From NCBI GenBank assembly GCA_041687695.1, contig JAWLBL010000006.1, positions 96,001 to 160,000 of the forward strand: 64,000 nucleotides of DNA, written 5' to 3'. Shown here piece by piece: positions 8,789 through 16,809 of the stretch; positions within the stretch are counted from its first letter, which is position 1, and every line of letters starts with the position of its first letter. The translations under genes were made by a program, and so were the position numbers. The notes beneath the pieces are model-generated. The model had not been told where the DNA came from. It saw nothing but the letters and a program-made list of their open reading frames with translations, and searched no databases. The DNA is from Myxococcota bacterium (GTDB lineage Bacteria > Myxococcota_A > UBA9042 > PHBI01 > JAWLBL01).

Positions 8789-9679
8789 ATGCGTCTCACC
8801 CATTGCATTGCGCGCATCGCGCGCGCGCTCCCTCCCGTCGCGCTCGCGGCCCTGCTTTCGGTCCCGGCCTGCCGCGGCGACGCCGACGGCCGCGGGCCCG
8901 GCACCAACCCGCCCACCGCCGTCGAGCCGGCCGCCCCGGGCGCTGCCGAGGGGGACGCCGCGCCCCAGCCGGCGACGCCTCCGCCGGCCGAGGGCGACGC
9001 CGCCCCGACCGCGCCCACCGGCGAGGGCGACGCCGCCCCGACCGCGCCCGCCCCGACCGGCGAGGCCGACGCCGCCGCGGCGCCCCCCGCTGGCGACGCC
9101 GGAGCCCAAGGTGCCGCCCCGTCCGCCGCCCCGACCGCCGGCCAGACGGCCGAGCTCGGCCAGCCCGCGCCGGGCTTCACCCTGAACGACCTCGAGGGCA
9201 AGCCGGTCAGCCTGGCCGACTACAAGGGCAAGACCGTCGTCCTCGAGTGGTTCAACCCGGACTGCCCCTACGTGCGCCACGCCTACACCGAGGGGCCGCT
9301 CAAGGGCATGCCCGGCCAGCACCGGGGCGTCGTCTGGCTGCGCATCAACTCGGGCGCCGAGGGCCAGCAGGGCGCCGGGCAGGCCCGCAACCAGCAGGCC
9401 GTGCAGGACTGGTCGCTGACCGAGCCGATGCTGCTCGACATGGACGGGCGGGTCGGCAAGCTCTACGAGGCCAAGACCACCCCGCACATGTACGTCATCG
9501 ATCCGCAGGGCACGCTGGTGTACCGCGGCGCCATCGACAACGCGCCCCTCGGCCGCGTGCAGGGCGACGGCGAGGCGGTCAACTACGTGGCGCAGGCGCT
9601 GGCCGATCTCAAGGCCAAGCAGCCGGTGCGCGTCAGCGACACGCGCCCCTACGGCTGCTCGGTCAAGTACGCGAAGTAG
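8789..9679 (+). CDS. Exported thioredoxin-fold redoxin (AhpC/TSA-like) with Pro/Ala linker
   Basis: APGFTLNDLEGKPVSLADYKGKTVVLEWFNPDCPYV, AKTTPHMYVID, YRGAID, PYGCSVKY. N-terminal signal with possible lipobox (VPAC). Confidence 0.88.
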   Translation: MRLTHCIARIARALPPVALAALLSVPACRGDADGRGPGTNPPTAVEPAAPGAAEGDAAPQPATPPPAEGDAAPTAPTGEGDAAPTAPAPTGEADAAAAPPAGDAGAQGAAPSAAPTAGQTAELGQPAPGFTLNDLEGKPVSLADYKGKTVVLEWFNPDCPYVRHAYTEGPLKGMPGQHRGVVWLRINSGAEGQQGAGQARNQQAVQDWSLTEPMLLDMDGRVGKLYEAKTTPHMYVIDPQGTLVYRGAIDNAPLGRVQGDGEAVNYVAQALADLKAKQPVRVSDTRPYGCSVKYAK

Positions 9680-9829
9680 CCGCCTCCCCGGCGGGGCATC
9701 GGCCTGGACCCGGGCCCCGGCGCCATTGTGCATTTGCGCAATGCGTCCGGGGCTCGCTATCTTTCGGTCCAGGGGAGCCGGACGGCGCCGCGCGTCGTGC
9801 GGGGCGGCTGCCGGCGCGGGAGAACTTCG

Positions 9830-10747
9830 ATGACCGACGATCGGCTGCTGGCTTGCGCCCGGGTGCGCCTGCCGGACGGGCTGAGCGCCGCGCTGGGGCC
9901 TGGGGCGCTCATCGGACGCGCCTTCACGGCCGACGCGCGGGTGGACGACGGGCGCGTGAGCGAGGCCCACGCGATGGTGAGCCTGCGGGGCGGCGAGCTG
10001 GTGCTGTTCGCGCTGCGCGGGCGGCTGCGGGTGGGCGAACGCAACGTGACGCGGGTGACGCTCGAGCCCGGGCAGCGGATCGAGCTGGCCGCGGGGGTGG
10101 AGCTGCTCGTCGAGGAGGTCGAGCTGCCGGAGACGCTGCTGGCGCTGGAGGGGCCGGGGGTGGCGCGGCAGGCGCTGGTCGGGGTGACGTCGGTGCTGAC
10201 GGCGCCGGCGCTGCACCTGGTCAACGGGCCGCACCCGAGCGCGGCGGCGCTGGTGTGGAGCGACGGCGTGCGCTGGCGCGTGCGGGTGGGGCAGGGCGCG
10301 CCGCGGCCGCTGCAGGCGGGCGATTGCATCGAGGTGGGCGGGCACACGCTGACGGCGACCGAGATCCCGCGGGTGGTGGTGGGGGTGGCCGAGACGACGC
10401 CGCGGACGAGCGCGCTGGGGCGGCTGCGCATCGTGAGCCTGTTCGACAGCGTGCAGGTCTGGCGCGAGGGCGCGACGAGCCCCTGTGTGCTGCGCGGGCA
10501 GCAGGCGCGCCTGTTCGCCGAGCTGCTCGCCGTGGGCGGCCCCATGCGGTGGGAGCTGGTGGCGGCCGAGCTGTGGCCGGGGGGCGAGGAGTCGAGCGCC
10601 CTGAGGCATCGGCTGGACGTGACGCTGGCGCGGCTGCGGCAGACGCTGAAGGCGGCCGGGGTGCGCCGTGACCTGGTGACGGCCCACCGCAACGGGCACC
10701 TCGAGCTGCTGCTGTACCCGGGTGATCAGGCCGAGGATCGCGGCTGA
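9830..10747 (+). CDS. FHA-domain protein with C-terminal OmpR/SARP-like winged-helix DNA-binding domain
   Basis: FHA: LIGR...DGRVSEAHAMV. wHTH-like: RLFAELL...MRWELVAAELWP...RLDVTLARLRQTL. GGGAG RBS precedes ATG 9830. Confidence 0.75.
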   Translation: MTDDRLLACARVRLPDGLSAALGPGALIGRAFTADARVDDGRVSEAHAMVSLRGGELVLFALRGRLRVGERNVTRVTLEPGQRIELAAGVELLVEEVELPETLLALEGPGVARQALVGVTSVLTAPALHLVNGPHPSAAALVWSDGVRWRVRVGQGAPRPLQAGDCIEVGGHTLTATEIPRVVVGVAETTPRTSALGRLRIVSLFDSVQVWREGATSPCVLRGQQARLFAELLAVGGPMRWELVAAELWPGGEESSALRHRLDVTLARLRQTLKAAGVRRDLVTAHRNGHLELLLYPGDQAEDRG

Positions 10748-10749
10748 GC

Positions 10750-13629
10750 ATGGGGGACGACGGTGACTTCCGCTCGACCTTCGCCGGCGACGCGAGCCTG
10801 TTGGGCGAGGTGGGCGAGCCGAGCGGCGAGGTCCCGCGCGAGGTGACGCCCAGCGGGCCCCGGTACGTCTCGGGCGGCGAGCTGGGCCGCGGCGGGATGG
10901 GGCGGGTCCACGCGGCCTTCGACCCGCTGCTCTCGCGGCAGATCGCCGTGAAGGTGGCGAGGGCCGCGGACCCGGCGGCCGAGCGGCGGCTGCTCGAGGA
11001 GGCCCGCATCACGGCCGGGCTGGACCACCCGGGCATCATCACGGTCCTCGACGCGGGGGCCGACGCCGAGGGGCGGCCGTTCTACGCCATGCGCGTCGTG
11101 GCGGGGCGCAGCTTCGTCGAGGAGGTCGCGGCCGCGCCACCCGGCCGGGCGACGCGCCGGCACGTGCGTACGCTGCTGGCCGCGGCCCAGGCCGTGGCCT
11201 ATGCGCACGAGCACGGCGTCGTGCACCGCGATCTGTCGGCCTCGAACGTGCGCGTGGGCGACCGGGGCGAGGTGGTCGTCATGGACTGGGGGCTGGCGGC
11301 GCGGGTCGAGGACTGCGCGCGCGGGGGGCTGCGCTGCGGCACGCCCGGGTTCACCGCGCCCGAGCTGGCGGCCGCCGAGCCGTCGGGCCCGGCGAGCGAC
11401 GTGTGGAGCCTGGGGGCGCTGCTGCACCTGGCGCTGGCGGGGCGCGCGCCGTCCGTGGAGGGGCTGCCGCTGGGGGCGCCGCCCCGCGGCTGCCCGCCGG
11501 CCCTGTGGTCCATCGCGCGTCGGGCGCTGGCGCACGCGCCCGAGGACCGCTACCCGAGCGCCGCCGGGTTCGCGGACGACCTGACGGCCTGGCTCGACGG
11601 GACGCGCGTGTCGGCGCACCGCGAGGGGCCGTGGGAGCGCGTGACCCGCTTCGGGCGCAGGAACCCGCTGGCGCTGTCGCTGCTGGCGGGGGGCGCGGTG
11701 CTGGTCGCGATCCTGGGCTCGGTGCTGGGCCTGGTCGCGCAGGCGGCCAAGCAGGAGACGCTCGCCGCGACGACGCAGCTGCTGCTCGACGCGGCGCGCG
11801 AGGCCCTGCTGGAGGACGACCACCGCAAGGCGCTCGAGCACGCGCGGCGCGCGCTGAATCAGGCGCCGGAGTCCCCGGACGCGCGCGGCGTTCTGGCGGC
11901 GCTGGCGGCGCTGCCCGAGGTGCCGCGGACCTCCGTGGGCGGCCGCGACGGCTGCGCGACCTTCGACGTCGACGCTGCCGGGCGGCGCGCGTGCTTCGAG
12001 GGCGACCAGCTGTGGCTCGTCGACGGTGGCCGCCGGGTCGCGCTGCCGCTGCCGGCCGAGCACAGGCCCGTCGCGGTGCGCCTGCTCGCGGGCGGACGTG
12101 TCCTGGTGGTCCACCGGGGGCCGAGGCTCGTGCACATGGTCTCGCTGCTCGCCGGCGACGGCGCCTCCCTGGCGCGGTCGCTGATGCACGGCGCCCTGCG
12201 CGCGATGGACGTCGGGGCCGACGGCCGGGACGTCGTCGTGGCCGGGTCGGACGAGATCCTGCTGGTGTGGGACTCAGAGCCCGAGATCCAGCACGCCGTC
12301 CCCTGCCGGGATGGGATGACCCGGCTCGCGGTGTGGCTGGGTCCCGAGCCGGGCCGCGTCGGGATCCTGTGCGACGACCACAGCTTCGTGCACGTCACCC
12401 GCGACGGGATGACGAGCGGCCTGGTGCCCGACCTGACCTACCTGCTGCGGGGGCCGTTCGCCGGGGCGGGCTTGCGCGACGGACGCCTGGTCGTCGGCAC
12501 CATCGAGGGCCGCGTGGGGCTCGTCGACGGGGAGCGGCGGCGCATCCTGGCGAGCGACGCCTCGCCGGTGGGGCCGGTGCGCGAGGTGCGGGTGCTGCCC
12601 GAGGCCCAGACGGCCGTCGTGGTGGGCGAGCGCGGCCACGCCCTGTGGCGCTACGAGATCGGGGCGTGGGCGGCCGTCGATCCTCGCCGGCTGGACGGCG
12701 TGGCGGTGGTCGGCGAGCTGGTCCACGCCTTCACGGGTGACGCCGTCGAGACGCTGCGCGTGCCGAGGCGCGCGAGCTGGCACCGCAGCGCCTGGGGTGA
12801 GGCGCGGACCGTGCCGGCCTTCTCGCCCGACGGCGTGACGCTGGCGCTGGGGGATGGCTCGGGGAGCGTGGATCTGTTCGGGATCGCGACGGGCGAGGCG
12901 CGGCGCCTGCCGGGCGAGCTGGGGGTGGTCAAGGCGGTCGCGTGGTCGCCGAGCGGCCGGCATCTGGCGGTCGGCGCGTCGCGCGATTTCGGCATCGGGG
13001 TGTACGAGGTGGCGACGCTCGCGCCGTTGCGCGGGTCGTGGCAGGTGGCGACGGCGCGGGGCCGCCATGTGGGCTTTCTGAGCGACGCGCTGCTCGTCAC
13101 CATCGCCTGGGGCGAGGGGAGGTACGGCTTCGACGTGGGGACCGGGCGGCCCGTCGGGCTGCCGCCGATGCCGGGTGAGGACGTGACGGACGTAGTGTTC
13201 GAGCCCAAGGGTGGGCGCTTGTGGGCCCTGTTCGACGGGCACGGGGTGTTCTGGGCCACGGCCGAGGAGGTCGCCGAGGTGCGTCCCGCGCCCTACGCGC
13301 GGGCGCTCGCCGTGTCGCACGACGGGCGGCTGCTGGCCCTGGCCGAGGCCGGCGCGGTCGAGGTGCGGGACACGGCGAGCGACGCGGTCCGGGTCCGCTA
13401 CGAGGCGCCCGGGGCCACCATCGACGCGGTGCACGTCGCGGACGACGGGCGGGTCGCGCTGGGGCGGCGGGATGGGACGGTCGAGGTGCGGGCGTCCGAC
13501 GGCGCGCTGGCGCTGCGGCTGACCGCGCACGGGGTGCGGACGGGCGGCGTCGCCTTCTCGCCCGACGGGACCCGGCTCGCCACCACCGGCTGGGATGGCG
13601 TCGCGCGGGTCCTGGTCGTCGGCGAGTAG
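10750..13629 (+). CDS. Membrane Ser/Thr protein kinase with C-terminal WD40/beta-propeller repeats
   Basis: LGRGGMGRV, AVKV, HPGII, HRDLSASN, DWGLA, GTPGFTAPE, SDVWSLG. Hydrophobic TM segment, then WD-type repeats (AFSPDG, AWSPSG, AFSPDGTRLATTGWDG). Confidence 0.9.
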   Translation: MGDDGDFRSTFAGDASLLGEVGEPSGEVPREVTPSGPRYVSGGELGRGGMGRVHAAFDPLLSRQIAVKVARAADPAAERRLLEEARITAGLDHPGIITVLDAGADAEGRPFYAMRVVAGRSFVEEVAAAPPGRATRRHVRTLLAAAQAVAYAHEHGVVHRDLSASNVRVGDRGEVVVMDWGLAARVEDCARGGLRCGTPGFTAPELAAAEPSGPASDVWSLGALLHLALAGRAPSVEGLPLGAPPRGCPPALWSIARRALAHAPEDRYPSAAGFADDLTAWLDGTRVSAHREGPWERVTRFGRRNPLALSLLAGGAVLVAILGSVLGLVAQAAKQETLAATTQLLLDAAREALLEDDHRKALEHARRALNQAPESPDARGVLAALAALPEVPRTSVGGRDGCATFDVDAAGRRACFEGDQLWLVDGGRRVALPLPAEHRPVAVRLLAGGRVLVVHRGPRLVHMVSLLAGDGASLARSLMHGALRAMDVGADGRDVVVAGSDEILLVWDSEPEIQHAVPCRDGMTRLAVWLGPEPGRVGILCDDHSFVHVTRDGMTSGLVPDLTYLLRGPFAGAGLRDGRLVVGTIEGRVGLVDGERRRILASDASPVGPVREVRVLPEAQTAVVVGERGHALWRYEIGAWAAVDPRRLDGVAVVGELVHAFTGDAVETLRVPRRASWHRSAWGEARTVPAFSPDGVTLALGDGSGSVDLFGIATGEARRLPGELGVVKAVAWSPSGRHLAVGASRDFGIGVYEVATLAPLRGSWQVATARGRHVGFLSDALLVTIAWGEGRYGFDVGTGRPVGLPPMPGEDVTDVVFEPKGGRLWALFDGHGVFWATAEEVAEVRPAPYARALAVSHDGRLLALAEAGAVEVRDTASDAVRVRYEAPGATIDAVHVADDGRVALGRRDGTVEVRASDGALALRLTAHGVRTGGVAFSPDGTRLATTGWDGVARVLVVGE

Positions 13630-13641
13630 GGGCGGCGCAGG

Positions 13642-16600
13642 TCAGAGCGAGAAGATCATCGAGTTGCCGGTCGAGACCTCGAGCACGACCAGCCCCATCC
13701 CGTCGTGGGAGAAGTAGACGCGGTCGGCGTCGTCGGGGGCGAACCAGAAGCCGCCGTAGTTCTGCGACAGGCCCGAGTCGAGCGAGCCCGAGATGCAGGC
13801 GAGGCCGGGGTCGGCGGGGGCGTCGTTGCACGACAGGGCCACGCGCGCCGCGGTCGCCGGGTCGACCAGGACGACCTGGGTGCCGCCCTGGCGGCCGACG
13901 GTCCAGTAGCGGGCGCGGGCGGCGTCCCACTTCACCCAGCGGTGGCCGACGCCGGACGAGCCGGTGGGGCCGGACCCGAGCGGGTTGGCGGTCGAGGCGC
14001 CCGTGAGGCGGGCGCGGTCGCCGGTGGCCAGATCGATGGCGTACAGGGTCAGGTCGAAGGCGTTGAGGGCGAGCAGCTTGCCGTCGTGCAGCCCGAAGCC
14101 GGTGAGGACGCCCGAGGTGAAGGCCCAGCCGGCGCCGACCGAGGTGCCGGCCATGGCGTTGCCGGCCATGGTGCCCGCGCGGGTGACGTACTGGCAGGTC
14201 TGCTGGGCGCCCGTGCCGCTGATGCGGATGACGCCCAGGCCTTCGCCGACGGGCGAGGTGTTGGAGAAGCCCAGGTAGAAGGCCCCGGCCGCGTCGATCG
14301 CGAAGCCGTCGGCGCGGGTCTGGACCGACTTGCCGTCGCGGCCGTTGTCGCAGACCGCGAAGCCGGCGCCGTCGCGCTGCCACACCAGGGTGCGGTCGCC
14401 GGTGGCCGGGTCGACGGCGACGATCTCGCCCATCACGTTGGTCCCGGACCAGACGTACAGCGTGCCGTCGGGGCCCCGCTGCACGTCGATGACGTTGGTC
14501 AGGCGGTGGCCGGCGCCGACCTCGGCCGGGGCGCCGCCCGCGGAGAGGTGCTCGCCCGACAGGACGGTGCGGTCGCCGGTGGCGAGGTCGAAGGCCATGA
14601 CGAAGCCGGCGTCGGGGTTGGCGGCGCTGGACCAGGCCACGGCCGCGACGATCTTGCCCTGCGCGGCGTCGAGGAAGCCGCCGAGGAGGGTCGCCTGCGG
14701 GTGGGCGCCGACCCGGACGCCCGCGCCGACGGTCACGCCGGACTCCGAGATGTAGGCCTCGTAGGGGCGCCAGCACACGGGCAGGCCGCCGGTCAGGGCG
14801 CGGTTGGTGAGGCAGCGGCAGTCGGCGTCGAGGGCCGTCGGCTCGGAGACGAACTGCTCGAAGACGCACGAGTCCGCGTAGTAGGGGCTGTCCGGGTCGC
14901 CGACCGAGCTGGTGCAGGTCGCGCCGTCGCCGTAGTCGTAGCAGACCAGGCCTTCGGCGCAGGCCTCGGCCACGCCGTCGACTACGCCGCAGCTGTTGAC
15001 GGTCACGACGGCCGCGCCGCCCTCGGCCGTGGTGCCGCACTTGGTCGAGGTGGCCGGGGTGCAGGCGCCGCAGACCGGGGTGGCGCCGCTGTCGTCACAG
15101 GGCGCGCCCGGGTTGCAGGCGACGTCCAGCGTCGTCGCGCCGCAGCTGTCGACCCACACCACGTCGCCGTCCTCGCAGGCCTTGCCGACCTTGGGCGTGC
15201 AGGCGCACCAGAAGTCGACGTTGTTGGTCGTGCACTGGGCGCCGCCCGTGCAGGCCTCGGCCACGGTCCAGCTCTTGCCGTCGGCGGCGCACACGCGGAC
15301 CTCGCCGAGATCGGGGGCGCAGTAGGTCTTGCCCGCGTTGCACACGATGCCGACGTCGTCGACGCAGCTGGCGGTGCCGTCGGCCTCCTGGCAGATCTTG
15401 CCGCTGGCGCAGGTGGCGTAGACGAAGGTGCCGATGCCGGTGGTCTTGCACTGCAGCACCTGCTTCAGGTCCGCAGAGCACGTCCGCTCGTTCTTGGTGC
15501 ACAGGAGCGCCGGGTCGTCGACGCAGCTCGCGGTCGTGCCATCGGCCATGCAGATCTTGTTCGTGGCGCACAGCTGGAAGTTCTGGGTCGCCGTGCCCGT
15601 GGCGTTGCACTGCAGAACGTACTTCGCGTCCTCCGAGCACAGCTTGCTGTTCGGGACGCAGACCAGGCTCGGGTCGGGGACGCAGGCGGCGGTGCCGTCG
15701 CTCGCCTGGCAGATCTGGCCGACCGGGCAGGTCGCGGAGGGGGCGCTGCCCGAGCCGTCCTCCACGCACACGAGCACGCCCTTCGCGTCGTCCGAGCAGC
15801 TCAGCGCGCCCGGGTCGCAGACGCTGACGTCGACGCAGGTCGGCGTGCCGGCGACGGTCTGGCAGGCGTGCGTCAGGGGACAGGCCTCGACCGGGTCGGC
15901 CCCGGAGCCGTCGGCCCTGCACTGCTCGATCCCCTCGCCATCGGCCGCGCAGCTCAGCGCGCCCGGCGAGCACACGCTGACGTCCACGCAGACGGCCGCC
16001 TCGGCGACCAGCTGGCAGGCGTGGGTGATGGGGCAGGTCTCGGCCGGCTCGAAGCCGCTGCCGTCGCCCGCGCACACCCACACCGAGGCCCCGTCCTCGC
16101 CGCAGTCGGTCTCGCCCGGCGAGCACACCGGCGGCGTCACGTCGGCGTCGGCCGCGTCCTCGGCGACGTCGGGCTCGACCGCGTCGGGCCCGGAGACGTC
16201 CTCGACGGCGTCGGGCATCGAGACGTCCTCGACGGCGTCGGGCACCGAGACGTCCTCGACGGCGTCGGGCCCGGAGACGTCCTCGACGGCGTCGGGCTCG
16301 GAGGCGTCCTCGACGGCGTCAGGCTCGGAGGCGTCCTCGACGGCGTCGGGCACCGAGACGTCCTCGACGGCGTCGGGCACCGAGGCGTCCTCGACGGCGT
16401 CGGGCCCGGAGACGTCCTCGACGGCGTCGGACTCGACGACGTCCTCGACGGCGTCGGGGCCCGAGCCGTCCTGCTCGGCGTCGGGCCCGGCGGCATCCGC
16501 GGAGGCGTCCTGGCCGGCGTCGTCATCGGCGTCGTGGCCCACGTCCGGATCGCCGGTCACGTCGCCGCCGCCGCCGTCCTGGTGCGCGTCCTTGTCGCCG

Positions 16601-16725
16601 TGGATCGTGTCGCCGGCCGCGTCGATGTCGGCCGTCGCCCCTTCATCCCCGCACCCGGCCGCGCCGAGCGCCAGCAGCACCGCCGCCACCATGTGGGTGC
16701 ACGGCCTCCGCATGCCCATCTTCAT
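13642..16725 (-). CDS. Large lipoprotein: acidic repeats, Cys-rich repeats, C-terminal beta-propeller-like region
   Basis: Lipobox AAGC, (PDAVEDVSx)n, several CxPG..C..C..DG..C..C modules, and repeated DLATGDR/DPATGDR blades. GAGGTG RBS. Confidence 0.82.
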   Translation of the reverse strand: MKMGMRRPCTHMVAAVLLALGAAGCGDEGATADIDAAGDTIHGDKDAHQDGGGGDVTGDPDVGHDADDDAGQDASADAAGPDAEQDGSGPDAVEDVVESDAVEDVSGPDAVEDASVPDAVEDVSVPDAVEDASEPDAVEDASEPDAVEDVSGPDAVEDVSVPDAVEDVSMPDAVEDVSGPDAVEPDVAEDAADADVTPPVCSPGETDCGEDGASVWVCAGDGSGFEPAETCPITHACQLVAEAAVCVDVSVCSPGALSCAADGEGIEQCRADGSGADPVEACPLTHACQTVAGTPTCVDVSVCDPGALSCSDDAKGVLVCVEDGSGSAPSATCPVGQICQASDGTAACVPDPSLVCVPNSKLCSEDAKYVLQCNATGTATQNFQLCATNKICMADGTTASCVDDPALLCTKNERTCSADLKQVLQCKTTGIGTFVYATCASGKICQEADGTASCVDDVGIVCNAGKTYCAPDLGEVRVCAADGKSWTVAEACTGGAQCTTNNVDFWCACTPKVGKACEDGDVVWVDSCGATTLDVACNPGAPCDDSGATPVCGACTPATSTKCGTTAEGGAAVVTVNSCGVVDGVAEACAEGLVCYDYGDGATCTSSVGDPDSPYYADSCVFEQFVSEPTALDADCRCLTNRALTGGLPVCWRPYEAYISESGVTVGAGVRVGAHPQATLLGGFLDAAQGKIVAAVAWSSAANPDAGFVMAFDLATGDRTVLSGEHLSAGGAPAEVGAGHRLTNVIDVQRGPDGTLYVWSGTNVMGEIVAVDPATGDRTLVWQRDGAGFAVCDNGRDGKSVQTRADGFAIDAAGAFYLGFSNTSPVGEGLGVIRISGTGAQQTCQYVTRAGTMAGNAMAGTSVGAGWAFTSGVLTGFGLHDGKLLALNAFDLTLYAIDLATGDRARLTGASTANPLGSGPTGSSGVGHRWVKWDAARARYWTVGRQGGTQVVLVDPATAARVALSCNDAPADPGLACISGSLDSGLSQNYGGFWFAPDDADRVYFSHDGMGLVVLEVSTGNSMIFSL
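16180..16460. repeat. 27-bp tandem repeats encoding PDAVEDxSx
   Basis: About 10 copies of units containing CGTCCTCGACGGCGTC inside the lipoprotein gene. Boundaries approximate. Confidence 0.85.
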
Positions 16726-16757
16726 CCATCACCTCGAGATCCCTGGATCGGGAGGCC

Positions 16758-16802
16758 ACGCTACGGGCACCGCGCCGCGCTGGGATCTCACGTTGATCTC
16801 AC
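16758..16802 (-). promoter_or_regulatory. Putative activator-dependent promoter, copy 1: GTGAGAT-N4-GTGAGAT plus TAGCGT box
   Basis: ATCTCAC at 16785-16791 and 16796-16802 (+ strand), ACGCTA at 16758-16763, 21-nt gap. Same architecture recurs at 25733-25777. Confidence 0.7.
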
Positions 16803-16809
16803 GCCCGCC

